From the IMG/VR virus record IMGVR_UViG_3300043470_001272: DNA of 55,852 nucleotides. One strand, given 5' to 3'. Below are positions 1 through 10,900 of this stretch, piece after piece. The position numbers were made by a program, and so were the translations under genes. The stretch's first letter is position 1. Each line of letters opens with the position of its first letter. Origin of the DNA: an uncultured virus (IMG/VR IMGVR_UViG_3300043470_001272). Taxonomy: Duplodnaviria; Heunggongvirae; Uroviricota; Caudoviricetes. Under the pieces are notes generated by a model. It saw only the letters and a program-made list of their open reading frames with translations, ran no database searches and was not told where the DNA came from.

Positions 1-813
1 TATTTTTCTCATAGCTCTGTTAAATTGTCTCATTGCTCTTCTTTGTCCACCAAACTGCATATAATCTTGTTCTTCAGGAATAAAGTTTTGTAAAGCTAAT
101 TCTTGATTATAATTATTTTGCATTGCTTGTAATTGCTCATATTCTTTTTCTGCTTGTTCTTTTGCTTTAGCAATTATAGATTGATTTTTTAAAGTACCTA
201 CAAAAGATTGTTTCATATTATCTCTTACATCTTCACCAATAGGATCAGTATCAGTTGATTTAGCATCTCCGCCTAAATTTTTCTTTACTAATTTAAGTAC
301 AGAGTTTACATAGTTTCTTTTGCTACCACCATATTTCATTATTAAATCTGCAGCAAATTGATTATCATCTACATCTTCATAAGTATCTTCATTGACTAGT
401 TCTGCTTCTTCTTCAGTTTCAAAGTCTTCTTCTGGTATTATATTTTCTTCATCATCTAAAGAATTACTTGAAGTATTAGTAGTAGCAGCCATTTCTTCAT
501 CTTCCTCTTCTTCACTATTTACTAATGAAGATTTAACAGAATTAATAAACTGTTTAGCTTGAACAGGATCTAATTTATGAATAGTAATTAATTTAAAAGC
601 TATTTGTTGTTCTGGTACTTGATTAGATAAATCTGTAATTACAGAATTCATTAACATATCAGGAGACATCTCTTGTTGTTCTTGTTGTTGAGAAGGATAA
701 CCTAATTGTGAAATATCAGGAACACCACCCATGTCCATCATCCATTTTGCAGTCTTATTAATATAAGCTCCAGTATCTCCACCAGCTTTATATATTCTTA
801 CTTTTTTCTTCAT
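1..813 (-). CDS. Partial (runs off window end) acidic virion/ejection-type protein with repeated [MFY]xxGG motifs
   Basis: Read manually: ATG at 813 (MKKKVRIYKAGG...MDMGG...MKYGG...MQFGG), open to position 1, preceded by the late-type motif at 821-840. Confidence 0.7.
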   Translation of the reverse strand, partial: MKKKVRIYKAGGDTGAYINKTAKWMMDMGGVPDISQLGYPSQQQEQQEMSPDMLMNSVITDLSNQVPEQQIAFKLITIHKLDPVQAKQFINSVKSSLVNSEEEEDEEMAATTNTSSNSLDDEENIIPEEDFETEEEAELVNEDTYEDVDDNQFAADLIMKYGGSKRNYVNSVLKLVKKNLGGDAKSTDTDPIGEDVRDNMKQSFVGTLKNQSIIAKAKEQAEKEYEQLQAMQNNYNQELALQNFIPEEQDYMQFGGQRRAMRQFNRAMRKI

Positions 814-820
814 GTTATTG

Positions 821-840
821 ATTATAATATAATATACTAA
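821..840 (-). promoter_or_regulatory. Putative late promoter motif TTWGTATATTATATTATAA (copy 1 of about 7)
   Basis: Minus strand TTAGTATATTATATTATAAT just upstream of a start; related copies at 12141, 14841, 20291, 28345, 38174 and 44611. Confidence 0.55.
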
Positions 841-873
841 ATTTTAATTTATTAAATAAACTTTAAATGTTTA

Positions 874-3800
874 TTACAGTTTAACTATAGTATAGCCTTG
901 AGACTTATACCAGTCTATTTCTTCATCTGTTAGTTCAGCATCTACATAACCTCCTTCTTTAAAACCAACAGCAGAACCAATAGTTCTAAGCATATAGGGA
1001 TCAGGATTTTTTAAAAATTCTGAAGGTGAATTTATACTTTCATTAAAACCTTCTATAAAAGCATCAGCTCTTGTTGGTACATAATTACCTGCTCTCCTTA
1101 CATCTTCTATAGTTTTATTATTTTCTCTCATAACTTGTTGACCTGATTCATCTATATAATCATATGGATTATATGTTGCAGCAGCACCAGCTGCACCTAA
1201 ACCTCCCCAGAAAGCTGAATTCTTAACAAATTTTTCACCAACATTCTGTAAACCAGCTCCTGTTGTTGACCATTGAAATTCATTATTTAAAAGTTTTTGT
1301 TTATCAATAGGAACATATCTATTTGAAAAAGGTAACCTTCTATTTAAAGATAAACCTTCATCTGATAAAGATATTTGTGATAACGGATTACCTGTTGTTT
1401 TAGATTGTAAAGGAGATAGGGCATTTTTTTTATTAAAAGTTCTACCAAGAACTCCTTGTTTCATAGGGTCTCCTAAAACTATATCAGAATTTTGTACAGC
1501 ATCATCAAACTTTGCAGAATATATATCAGCATTAGATCTATTTAATTTAGTTGTTATAGGTTGATCAACACCTTTACCTACTAAACTTTTAGCTTTTCCT
1601 ATAAGTCCTTTTTGTTCAACAAGATTACCGTTTTTAATATTCTTGTTAATTACATTACCTAAAGGTTTAACAGCTCCTTCTAATTTTTTACCATAACCAG
1701 GAATATAATTTAAAGGACTGATTTTATTTAAAGTCTTATTAAGAAAAGGTGCAAAATATGCTTCATCTGCTAAAGTAGCTGCTACTTTATTTGAAGGACC
1801 TACTGCATTTTTAATTAAGTCAGGAGATATACCAGCATTTAATGTACCACTAGTATTTCTACTAACATTACTAGCTAGTTTACTTACATCATCTCCAGAA
1901 GTAGCTAAACTTTTAAAAGCATTACTCCCAACATTTTTAAGAGCTTTTGCACCTTTACCAGCAAGACCTAATCCAGGTACAACTTCTAAAGCAGCCATTG
2001 CTGTATTACCAGCTCCTTTTAAATAGTCACCTTCTTTAAAATTTTTATATGCTTCTGGTATAGTTTCAGTTACCGCGTTGTATCCACCATAACCAGTTAA
2101 TCCTGCTTGTACAAAAGGATTTGCTAATACTGCTTGAGTTCCTGTACCTAAAGCTAAACCAGCAGCACCAGCCGCACCAAATAAAGGAGCGGCTACAGCT
2201 GCTTTATTTACCATACCTGTAAAATCTTGCCAATCTTTACTTTTACCCCATTTATCTTTTGCTTCTTTTGCTGAATATTCAGCTCCTGGACCTACCCCTT
2301 CTTTTACTTTAGCATCATATTGTTTTCCAAAATTGTCATAAAAATCTTTAAAACTTGCATCAGACATTTTACCATCTTTATAAAGATTTCTTAAAGCATC
2401 AACTCCTTGTGAAGACATTACATCTTTAAGTTTTTTATCTTTCCAATTTTCTGGATCTTTTTTTTGTAAAACATTTAATGCTTTTTGCGCTCTATCATAA
2501 GTTTTCTTTTCTTCTTCTAGTTGATTTTTATATTCTTTAACCTGTCCTTGCAAAACACCAATAGAAGAAGCTCCTTCATTTTTTAATCTTTGTTTAGTTA
2601 AACCAGCATTCTCTCTATAATCTTGATAAGCCCTTTTAGCTTGAGCATATTTATCAATTAAAGAACCTTGTAATTTTCTTTTAGCTTCATTTCCATATAC
2701 AACTTGTTCTTGTAAATCTTGTTCTAATTCAGGTTCTCCACCATTATCCATTAGATTTAAAGGACCGCCATATTTTTTTAAACCATAGGTTGCTGCCATT
2801 GCTTTTGCAAACTGTTGTTTGGCTTCATACTCCTGCTGTTTAGCTTCATATTCATCATAAGCTTTATTGTATCTTCTTTGTACACCTATGTCTTGTAATG
2901 AAGTAAATCCTTTAGGAACAATTCTACCTTCTACATCTACATACTCTTCCTCATCTAATGGTTCATAACCACTTAAATATTGTGTCATAGCTGCAACAGG
3001 ATTATACCTTGATGGATTTTGAAGTTTACCTCTATATTTTGGTTTAACAGGAAGTCTATATGTTGATGGTTCATGATGACTAAAACCAGGAGGGACTAAT
3101 TCAGGTTCTTCTTGATACTCTCCTTGTACTTCAGCTCTTGACGTATCTATAAGTTTTGGTGGTAATAGTGGTAATCTTTCTGGTATAGGCGCATCCTCAT
3201 ACACAGGTTCAATAACTGTTGTTACTTTTCCTGTTTTCTCATTTAAAGTTTGTATTTCTTTTGTTCCTACTTGTATTTTACCTGGAGGTACTGGAGTTAC
3301 TATAGGTTCATCATAACCTGTAGGATATTGATTTTTTACTGCAACAATTGTTTTTGGTTTTACACTAGGTTTTTTAACAACTTCTTTTGGATACTTCTTT
3401 CCTAATATAACAGGTTGTTCTGGTTTTTTGTAAATATCAACTTCCACATTACCTTTAGTTCCACTTTCATTATTTAATAGTTGAGAAATAGGATTTATAT
3501 TATTTCTTGGAAATTGTCTATGCTGATTAAAATTAATAGAGGTACTGACAGGTCTGTTTTTATCAAAAGGTTTATTTTTTACAGATTTTTGCCACTCTTT
3601 TACTGCCGCTATTGCAGGAGCAACTGTATTATACAAATTCAAACTATCATTATAAGCAGCTTTTCTTTCTTCATATTCTTTAGGATCTTTAATTACTTTA
3701 GCTCCTTTAGGTATTTTAACACATTTTTTACCATTATAGTAATGTCCAGGAGGACAACCAGATGCACCTCCTTTATCCATTGTATTTAACTGTGGTACAG

Positions 3801-4281
3801 ATATATCTTCTACTACATACCCGCCATCTCTGTATGCTTGAATTTCATCATCAGATAATTCTGCTTCTATAAAACCACCATCTTGAAAGTTTGGTGAGTT
3901 AGGATCAAAGATTACATTCTTCTTAGGTTTTTTAAAGAAAGCATGTTTAGCAAAAAGTTTATTAGTAGCCATTAAACTTCTAGAAGTTTTGTTTTTCTTT
4001 AAACCTCCTTTTTTCATTTGTGGATACTCATCTACATAATTTGCTTCTGGAAAGTTATAGTCTTGACCTGGTTGCATCATTTGTGGTTGACCTACATTAG
4101 GGTAAGCTACTACAGGATATGGTACTCCTTGCATAGTAATATTACCACCAGGTATTCTAGTAGGTTGCCCAGGATGTGCCCATTGACCCATAGGATCATA
4201 AATTATGTCTCTAGGTTTAGAAGGAGTATTTACTTTATTAAGATTTTTTGTAGCTTGAGATAAAACTTTTTTATTACTCAT
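874..4281 (-). CDS. Large modular virion (cargo/ejection-type) protein, 1135 aa
   Basis: Lies downstream of the tail stabilisation gene as in crAss-like genomes; Gly/Ala hydrophobic helices, coiled coil, many xxGG linkers and a duplicated AELxDxEI module. Confidence 0.6.
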   Translation of the reverse strand: MSNKKVLSQATKNLNKVNTPSKPRDIIYDPMGQWAHPGQPTRIPGGNITMQGVPYPVVAYPNVGQPQMMQPGQDYNFPEANYVDEYPQMKKGGLKKNKTSRSLMATNKLFAKHAFFKKPKKNVIFDPNSPNFQDGGFIEAELSDDEIQAYRDGGYVVEDISVPQLNTMDKGGASGCPPGHYYNGKKCVKIPKGAKVIKDPKEYEERKAAYNDSLNLYNTVAPAIAAVKEWQKSVKNKPFDKNRPVSTSINFNQHRQFPRNNINPISQLLNNESGTKGNVEVDIYKKPEQPVILGKKYPKEVVKKPSVKPKTIVAVKNQYPTGYDEPIVTPVPPGKIQVGTKEIQTLNEKTGKVTTVIEPVYEDAPIPERLPLLPPKLIDTSRAEVQGEYQEEPELVPPGFSHHEPSTYRLPVKPKYRGKLQNPSRYNPVAAMTQYLSGYEPLDEEEYVDVEGRIVPKGFTSLQDIGVQRRYNKAYDEYEAKQQEYEAKQQFAKAMAATYGLKKYGGPLNLMDNGGEPELEQDLQEQVVYGNEAKRKLQGSLIDKYAQAKRAYQDYRENAGLTKQRLKNEGASSIGVLQGQVKEYKNQLEEEKKTYDRAQKALNVLQKKDPENWKDKKLKDVMSSQGVDALRNLYKDGKMSDASFKDFYDNFGKQYDAKVKEGVGPGAEYSAKEAKDKWGKSKDWQDFTGMVNKAAVAAPLFGAAGAAGLALGTGTQAVLANPFVQAGLTGYGGYNAVTETIPEAYKNFKEGDYLKGAGNTAMAALEVVPGLGLAGKGAKALKNVGSNAFKSLATSGDDVSKLASNVSRNTSGTLNAGISPDLIKNAVGPSNKVAATLADEAYFAPFLNKTLNKISPLNYIPGYGKKLEGAVKPLGNVINKNIKNGNLVEQKGLIGKAKSLVGKGVDQPITTKLNRSNADIYSAKFDDAVQNSDIVLGDPMKQGVLGRTFNKKNALSPLQSKTTGNPLSQISLSDEGLSLNRRLPFSNRYVPIDKQKLLNNEFQWSTTGAGLQNVGEKFVKNSAFWGGLGAAGAAATYNPYDYIDESGQQVMRENNKTIEDVRRAGNYVPTRADAFIEGFNESINSPSEFLKNPDPYMLRTIGSAVGFKEGGYVDAELTDEEIDWYKSQGYTIVKL

Positions 4282-7200
4282 TATCTAAGAGATATTTGAT
4301 TTTTAGAATTAATTAATTTAATAAGCATATTCACATTTCCTGATACATCTTTTCTTAAATGTAACAAATTTAAATAATGTCTGAATTTTTTTCTTTGCAA
4401 TAATGATTTATTTACATCTAAGTTATTAGGATTTAATATTTTAACATAACCATTAGGTTCTGTATTCCATAAATACTCTTGATTATAATTACCAAGTAAT
4501 TGCGTAGTTCCAGGTATAAGAGGTCCTACAGGTGGATAAGTGGAACCAATAGGAAATTCTCCACGGTCTTTAGTAATATCCCAGAACTGATTGAATCTAT
4601 ATTTATTTTCTTCTTTAGAAAAAAGAATATCAAAACCTACAGATGCAGGTAAGTTAGGTTCAACAATAATTGAGTTATTTGCTTTTGGATACTGAAGACT
4701 TAATGTAATATTATTTTTAGGAAATATATTAAGATTTAAATATCCAGAAACTTGTTCTGCATTAAATACAACTGCTTTGTCAAAGTTAAAATCTAATACT
4801 TGAAACTGATCTACACAATTATCACTTCTTTTGTAACATTCTAATATATACTCCATAGATTTTAGAGTAGTGACAGTTTGCCCTGTTATAATAGGTAGTT
4901 CTATTTCAAAAGGATAATCAATACCATAGTAGTTACAGAACTCATTACAAGAATAATTATGTGTCCAACCAGTATTATTTTTAGTAGTTAAAAATGTTCT
5001 TTTAGTAGGTATAACTAAATCAGGATGCCAGTCATGAAAACTAATCCAGAATTCATTTTTAGGGTCATAACTAACTGTCCAAGAAGCATTTTTAAATAAT
5101 AAGTTTTCTTCTAACCTATATCTATTATTCATATTAACAGAACCATCTGGATTCTTTATAACAAAAAAGTCTCCTTCACCTTTTCTTAAAGTTGTCTCAT
5201 ATATTCTAGTTTTTCCTACAGTAACTAAAGGTATGTACTCTATTAATGGTGCACCTGTTTCAGGATTAATGTATTCTGGTCTTAGATCATAATCTTTTTT
5301 AGCAAAGTATAATACTGAATTTAAATTATCATAAACACTTTGAATTCCAATACCGGCTACAGGATTATCTTGCCAAGGATAGTTTGGAAAATGTTCTGTT
5401 AGTTTATATCTTAAAAATAAACTAAACCACCATTTAAGACCTACTTGAGAAATTTCTTTTAACCCTTCACCATAGCCAAGTATTTTAGATTGATTTTGAG
5501 ATACATAAAATAAACCAGCAGGAGTATTAGCTATAGACAATCTATTTTGAGAAGAACCATACTCATAAGCTTTATCAGCATTAGATACAGACTGTCCAGG
5601 TTGAGAGAATAATCCACCATCACCTATTGTTATTTTAGTTCCTAAATCTGTTTGAAGTGTATCAACACCCTGGAACATTTGTGGACTATCATTCTTAAAT
5701 GTTATAAATAAACCTGACTTGTTAATTGATTTAACTCCAGATACTTGAGACTTAAACTCTCTATAATTATTAGCTAAATAAACAAACCAAGAATCTTTAA
5801 AAGATTCATCTTGTTGTTGTAAAGAATAATAAATTCTATCTGGATAATAAGTATAACATAACTTAGCAATTTCTGGATCATAGTATCTAGATTGTAAATT
5901 ACCTTGTGAAAAATATTGATTATATAATTTACTTATACTTAAAGAATAATCATATCTATAAGTATTACCTTTAGTAATATTTTCCGGATCAATATTAAAC
6001 ATACTAACTAAGTCAGTATATCTATTTGCATCATAGTTTTTATCCCACTCATAATCACCCATGTCTCTAAAGTCAACTAGTACATCTGACTCAACATAAA
6101 AGTCTCTAACACTGGATACAGCTAAATAAAATTTAGATTCTTTAGCACTAAATAATCCTGGATAATTAACTTGAATGGGATCACTAGTATAATCATAATT
6201 TTTAAAATCTAATCTATAAAATCTAGTAGGTAAAGCTCCTGTTCCAGGAGTAGGATTACTAAAGTTACCAGGAGCTAAATTACTTATATCATATTGTGCT
6301 GAATTAACCCAGAATCTTGGGTTAGGAATCATTTTTCTAAGATTGTAATTATATTCAAATCCATCAGGTTGACCAAATAACCAATCATAAAACATAAACA
6401 TAGTATTCTTTTCAGTATATCTATTTATGTATGTATCTCCTCCAAAAAATAAAGGAGTTCTTCTTACACTATTAAGTCTTAACTGATTAGGAGGATCACA
6501 AACAATAGAAGTAATAGCATTATTAATATAATTTGGATAATCAGATAATTTTTGTTCACATGGACTAATTACTATTTGTTTTACAGAAGGTAATTGTCCA
6601 TATTGATTTCTTAGTCTTACTTTAATACCAGCATAGTGACTAGCAATAGGTAAACTAAAAGGTATATCAGTATTTTCAAAGTCAGGTGCTTCTATATTAA
6701 TAAATAAAGTGCTAGGATCTATTAAACCATACTGCTGTATAGTTCCTAAAGTAGTTAATGATTGATCTATAAATCTACCAAAGTTATCAGTTATGTATTT
6801 AGGACCTGTATTTAAACCATTAGGAAATGCTGGATTAAGATATGGTCCAGATTTAGTTCTTAATACAACTGTGTCAGATCTTTTAAGATTGTTAATAGTA
6901 TAGTTAAATGCATTACCAGTAGTATCTTGGTAATAAGGTACTTGTTGAAAGTTATCTCTTATATAAAAACTATCATCTAACTTAAATCTAAAAGTGTCAC
7001 CTGTTGCATTACCTATCATGTTATTATAGAAACCATGAGATATCATTTGCAAAGCATATTGTCTATATGGTGTAACTGATAAAAGTAATTTTTGAGCAAC
7101 ATCAGCTCCTTCAGAAAAATAATATAATAGTTGATTTATCCCACCTAATGCAGCTAAAGGACCTAGATAAGCATTATCAGACATAGATTGAGAATAATTA

Positions 7201-9854
7201 CCCGCTCCAAAACTAGCTCCACCTAATGCTACAATAGAACTCATATTAAAGTTATGTTGACCATCTATTAAATTAAGAGCAGGTGTTCCTAATCCAACTA
7301 TGCTTGATAAAGTATCTGTTAAAAAACCTACACCTCCATTAAAATAATTTTCAATTAAAGGGTTATAACCAATTCCTGGAGCATTATAAAAAGTTTGTGC
7401 TGTCAAAGAACCTGATAATTGTGTAGGTACACTTGTTCCTGCTGCTAATAAATCAAAACCAGGTGATGTATATGTTGGTGCATTAATAGTATATCTACCT
7501 CTTATGGATATAATAGCTTCTAACATACCAGCTAAAAATAAAGGAAATAATACAGCATCTGCTAATAATTTAAACTCAGGATGTTGATTAGGTTCTATAA
7601 ATTGCTGAGAAGTTCTTCCTCTTAAATATCCATATACTTTTAATTCAGTAGTAGTTAGTAAAGGAGATCTGAACATTGTATCAGGAGAATGAAAAGACAT
7701 CATATCTAATGGTACTTGTTGATCATCTACATTATTTCCAGTAGGGTTATTAGGATCTGGTATCCTAAAATAAGGGTCATTATATTGATAGTTATGGTTA
7801 GAAGGATTATTAGTATTATAAAAAGGACGTATAGTATTAAATGGATAGTTTGCATAAAGACCTTTTTTTATTGTATTAGAACTTGGGCTAACTCCCGCAT
7901 TTCCTGTTAAGTTATATGTTCTAAAGTTATTTAACATACCTTTAGCAATAATAGATTTGTTTCCTTCTCGGGAACCTCTTAATATTTCATAACCTACTAT
8001 ACCTGGGATGTCATTACCTTCATTATCTTTAGGGAATATAATATTTTCAAAATACACTCCCATTAATCTAATGTTTAATATGTTATCTCCATTATTAGTT
8101 GTATCAGGAGAAAAGTGAATTGTATCATTAGTTAAACAGTTATTAGGAAACTTATGATGTCTAATTGGTTGACCGCATAAATCATAAACAGGACTAGGTA
8201 TAGTTTCACCAGTCCAACAATTATAACTTGCATTATATATATCAGGTCTATCATCAGGATATTTTTCTGTAGATTCCCAGTAAGCCATATTACCTGTTCT
8301 TAAAATAATACCACCATCTGGTAATAAATATTTACCTAGAGTAGGATTAAATGTACTATTTGGAAATACTGTGATACTAGAGTCTTGTGTAGCAGTATCA
8401 AATACTTCAAAATATCTATCATCTGTTGTAAGTGCATTTATATCTGTACTTCCTGCAGTTTCTCCAGATGAAGGAGCTCTTCCTGGAATATGATATGATG
8501 CAGACTTATCTCCTGTATCATAAACCCAACGGATAAAGAATGCATATACTTCATCTCTTAAATAACTTCCTTTATTTCCTCCTTGTACATAATAGTCAGA
8601 AGGATACTGTACTGAAGCCCACTTAGCTTTGATAAGATTAGCTAAAGGTTGATAATTAAAATCAAACTTAGATGTAGGACCAACTCTTAGTAAGTAATTA
8701 TTTACTTCAGCTATTTGATCACACTTTTCAAATATTGGAGTTTGAATAGGTATAAACTGAAGAGGTACTGATATTAAATCTTCTTTAATTTGATCTAATG
8801 CAATTACTGTAGTTCTAGAAGAATATATTCCAATTTGCTTTGCTACAGTTCCTTGATTAATATTCTGTACTATAACTAAGATAAACTCATCAAAGTTTTT
8901 ACTATCAGCATTTACTTCAAGTATCAATGAACCTTGAAAATCATCTGGGTGCCAAACAAACTGATTATTACTTTGAGAAAAATAATCTGTAACTTTTTGA
9001 CCTTTTATACTATATGCTATAGTAGCAAAGTAAGTACCATTTCTTAAAGTACCTCCTGATTGTCCTAATGTTAAATTAAGACAAGGTGTTTCCATTAACC
9101 TAGCTAATCTTATTTTATCACAGTTAAGTGAATTAATAGGTTTACAACTAATACAAGCATTTATAGAAAGAGGACAATCTGGTGACCATACTCCAGGAGA
9201 TACTTGTGTACATCCTGTTGTAGTATCAGTACATATCTCAAACCATTCTACACCTGGCCATAAAAAATCTGTATCTACACCATTAGAATAATAATTCATT
9301 GTACTTAGTCCACCACCAATCCAATTATAATCTGGTGTTGGCCAAGTTTGTGGATCACCAACATTTAGATATCTATCTGGATTTAAACCATCAGCCCAAT
9401 ATACTTGCCAAGTACAATCTTCTTTTTCTCTTGATGCTCCTGAAATAAGATATCTTTTATCAAAAGCTAAACATGCATCTTGTACTATAGGTCTGTATAA
9501 ACAACGTTCTTCTTCAAATAAACCTATTTCTGACATAACAGGTCTACCGTTAACATTATGTCCTGCAGTAAATATAATCCACTTATCAGAAAATAATTGA
9601 ATAGCTCCTATTATTTTTATCTCAGTAACTGCAATTGGACCTGTAGTAGGCATAGTAGCCCCAGTAGTTAAACATAAATAGTTAGATGATTCATTAGATA
9701 AAGTACCTAGGTCTCCTTCAAATGTATTATTACTTACATTACGTGCGTGTGTCCACATACCTTCTTGTACATAAGAAGGATCAGAATCTTTATTTAGACC
9801 TTTAATAAAACTATTAGTAATAGTTTGATTTGTGTTTTGAATTTCTTTTCCCAT
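4281..9854 (-). CDS. Tail stabilisation / muzzle protein (crAss-like, P22 gp10-related)
   Basis: 1857 aa; N-terminus SFIKGLNKDSDP..., YLRDEVYAFFIRW, FFGGDTYINRY and WTVSYDP...WISFHDW motifs; follows the tail tubular gene. Confidence 0.8.
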   Translation of the reverse strand: MGKEIQNTNQTITNSFIKGLNKDSDPSYVQEGMWTHARNVSNNTFEGDLGTLSNESSNYLCLTTGATMPTTGPIAVTEIKIIGAIQLFSDKWIIFTAGHNVNGRPVMSEIGLFEEERCLYRPIVQDACLAFDKRYLISGASREKEDCTWQVYWADGLNPDRYLNVGDPQTWPTPDYNWIGGGLSTMNYYSNGVDTDFLWPGVEWFEICTDTTTGCTQVSPGVWSPDCPLSINACISCKPINSLNCDKIRLARLMETPCLNLTLGQSGGTLRNGTYFATIAYSIKGQKVTDYFSQSNNQFVWHPDDFQGSLILEVNADSKNFDEFILVIVQNINQGTVAKQIGIYSSRTTVIALDQIKEDLISVPLQFIPIQTPIFEKCDQIAEVNNYLLRVGPTSKFDFNYQPLANLIKAKWASVQYPSDYYVQGGNKGSYLRDEVYAFFIRWVYDTGDKSASYHIPGRAPSSGETAGSTDINALTTDDRYFEVFDTATQDSSITVFPNSTFNPTLGKYLLPDGGIILRTGNMAYWESTEKYPDDRPDIYNASYNCWTGETIPSPVYDLCGQPIRHHKFPNNCLTNDTIHFSPDTTNNGDNILNIRLMGVYFENIIFPKDNEGNDIPGIVGYEILRGSREGNKSIIAKGMLNNFRTYNLTGNAGVSPSSNTIKKGLYANYPFNTIRPFYNTNNPSNHNYQYNDPYFRIPDPNNPTGNNVDDQQVPLDMMSFHSPDTMFRSPLLTTTELKVYGYLRGRTSQQFIEPNQHPEFKLLADAVLFPLFLAGMLEAIISIRGRYTINAPTYTSPGFDLLAAGTSVPTQLSGSLTAQTFYNAPGIGYNPLIENYFNGGVGFLTDTLSSIVGLGTPALNLIDGQHNFNMSSIVALGGASFGAGNYSQSMSDNAYLGPLAALGGINQLLYYFSEGADVAQKLLLSVTPYRQYALQMISHGFYNNMIGNATGDTFRFKLDDSFYIRDNFQQVPYYQDTTGNAFNYTINNLKRSDTVVLRTKSGPYLNPAFPNGLNTGPKYITDNFGRFIDQSLTTLGTIQQYGLIDPSTLFINIEAPDFENTDIPFSLPIASHYAGIKVRLRNQYGQLPSVKQIVISPCEQKLSDYPNYINNAITSIVCDPPNQLRLNSVRRTPLFFGGDTYINRYTEKNTMFMFYDWLFGQPDGFEYNYNLRKMIPNPRFWVNSAQYDISNLAPGNFSNPTPGTGALPTRFYRLDFKNYDYTSDPIQVNYPGLFSAKESKFYLAVSSVRDFYVESDVLVDFRDMGDYEWDKNYDANRYTDLVSMFNIDPENITKGNTYRYDYSLSISKLYNQYFSQGNLQSRYYDPEIAKLCYTYYPDRIYYSLQQQDESFKDSWFVYLANNYREFKSQVSGVKSINKSGLFITFKNDSPQMFQGVDTLQTDLGTKITIGDGGLFSQPGQSVSNADKAYEYGSSQNRLSIANTPAGLFYVSQNQSKILGYGEGLKEISQVGLKWWFSLFLRYKLTEHFPNYPWQDNPVAGIGIQSVYDNLNSVLYFAKKDYDLRPEYINPETGAPLIEYIPLVTVGKTRIYETTLRKGEGDFFVIKNPDGSVNMNNRYRLEENLLFKNASWTVSYDPKNEFWISFHDWHPDLVIPTKRTFLTTKNNTGWTHNYSCNEFCNYYGIDYPFEIELPIITGQTVTTLKSMEYILECYKRSDNCVDQFQVLDFNFDKAVVFNAEQVSGYLNLNIFPKNNITLSLQYPKANNSIIVEPNLPASVGFDILFSKEENKYRFNQFWDITKDRGEFPIGSTYPPVGPLIPGTTQLLGNYNQEYLWNTEPNGYVKILNPNNLDVNKSLLQRKKFRHYLNLLHLRKDVSGNVNMLIKLINSKNQISLR

Positions 9855-10900
9855 TATCTTACTCTAGTGTTTGATATTGCTTTAAATAAACTATTGTTAG
9901 GAGAATAACTTTTAAACATGTCATAGTATTTACTATACATTGCTCTTCTATTAGTCCACCACATTTGTTCCATTTCTTTAAAGTTAGGTGTGTTAACTAA
10001 GCTAAGTGCTTGGTTTCTAGCAGCTCTTAATTTTTGTTCTATTAAAGATAATCTTTGAGTTACATCTTCACCATTCATGAATAAGTTTTCAAGTATTCTT
10101 TGTTTTAAAGCATACTCATAATACTCATTAAGAAGATCATGGTCTGGAACAAGTAATTCTCCATTCTCATTGGTCATCTCTCCTTGATAGTTTAAATATA
10201 CACGGCCTGTTTCAAAATTAGTAAATAAAAAACCTTCTTTAAGCCAACCTTCATCTCTAGTATTATAGTGTATATTTGGACAGTCACAATGTATGTCTTG
10301 TGATTGTCTCATTCTTAAAGGTCTAAGATTTCTAAAAGTTCTTGTGGCACCTGTTTTTACAATTTGAATTAACTCATACTTATCTCCTTTACAGTTCATG
10401 AATACTCTTGGTCTAATACAAGTATCTCCATAAGGACTGTTAGGATCAAATTCTGTAGGAATATAATTTTGTGGTGGACGCACACTACCCTCACAAGCTG
10501 CTGTGTTGTTACAAGGATTATGATTACATACTGAGCAGTTTACTGTTGGTGCAGCACATGTATCTACAGTAGCAGGAACTTCAACATAAGGTACTTCTTG
10601 TATATTAGTTCCTCCAGCCATACCATCATAACCTACATTTTCTGTATACTCTCCACAAATAAGTGCATGGTTAAATACATAAAAATCATCTGGTAATTTA
10701 ACTCTACCATGGCATACTTCTAATACAACTTCTCTAGTTTGATTAATTCTTAAACCCAAGTCATAATTAATTTTTTTAACTAACTTAATTAATTGTTGAG
10801 GCTCAATCATATTTTCAAGAGCAAATGTATTTAAGTCAATACTTACATCTTCCAGCAACTGGTCAAATGTTCTATAGCGGAGGGTATAATTAAAATCCAT
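9854..10900 (-). CDS. Tail tubular / ring protein (P22 gp4-like)
   Basis: GRVKLPDDF and FETGRVYLNY...GELLVPD motifs; synteny. Confidence 0.75.
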   Translation of the reverse strand: MDFNYTLRYRTFDQLLEDVSIDLNTFALENMIEPQQLIKLVKKINYDLGLRINQTREVVLEVCHGRVKLPDDFYVFNHALICGEYTENVGYDGMAGGTNIQEVPYVEVPATVDTCAAPTVNCSVCNHNPCNNTAACEGSVRPPQNYIPTEFDPNSPYGDTCIRPRVFMNCKGDKYELIQIVKTGATRTFRNLRPLRMRQSQDIHCDCPNIHYNTRDEGWLKEGFLFTNFETGRVYLNYQGEMTNENGELLVPDHDLLNEYYEYALKQRILENLFMNGEDVTQRLSLIEQKLRAARNQALSLVNTPNFKEMEQMWWTNRRAMYSKYYDMFKSYSPNNSLFKAISNTRVR

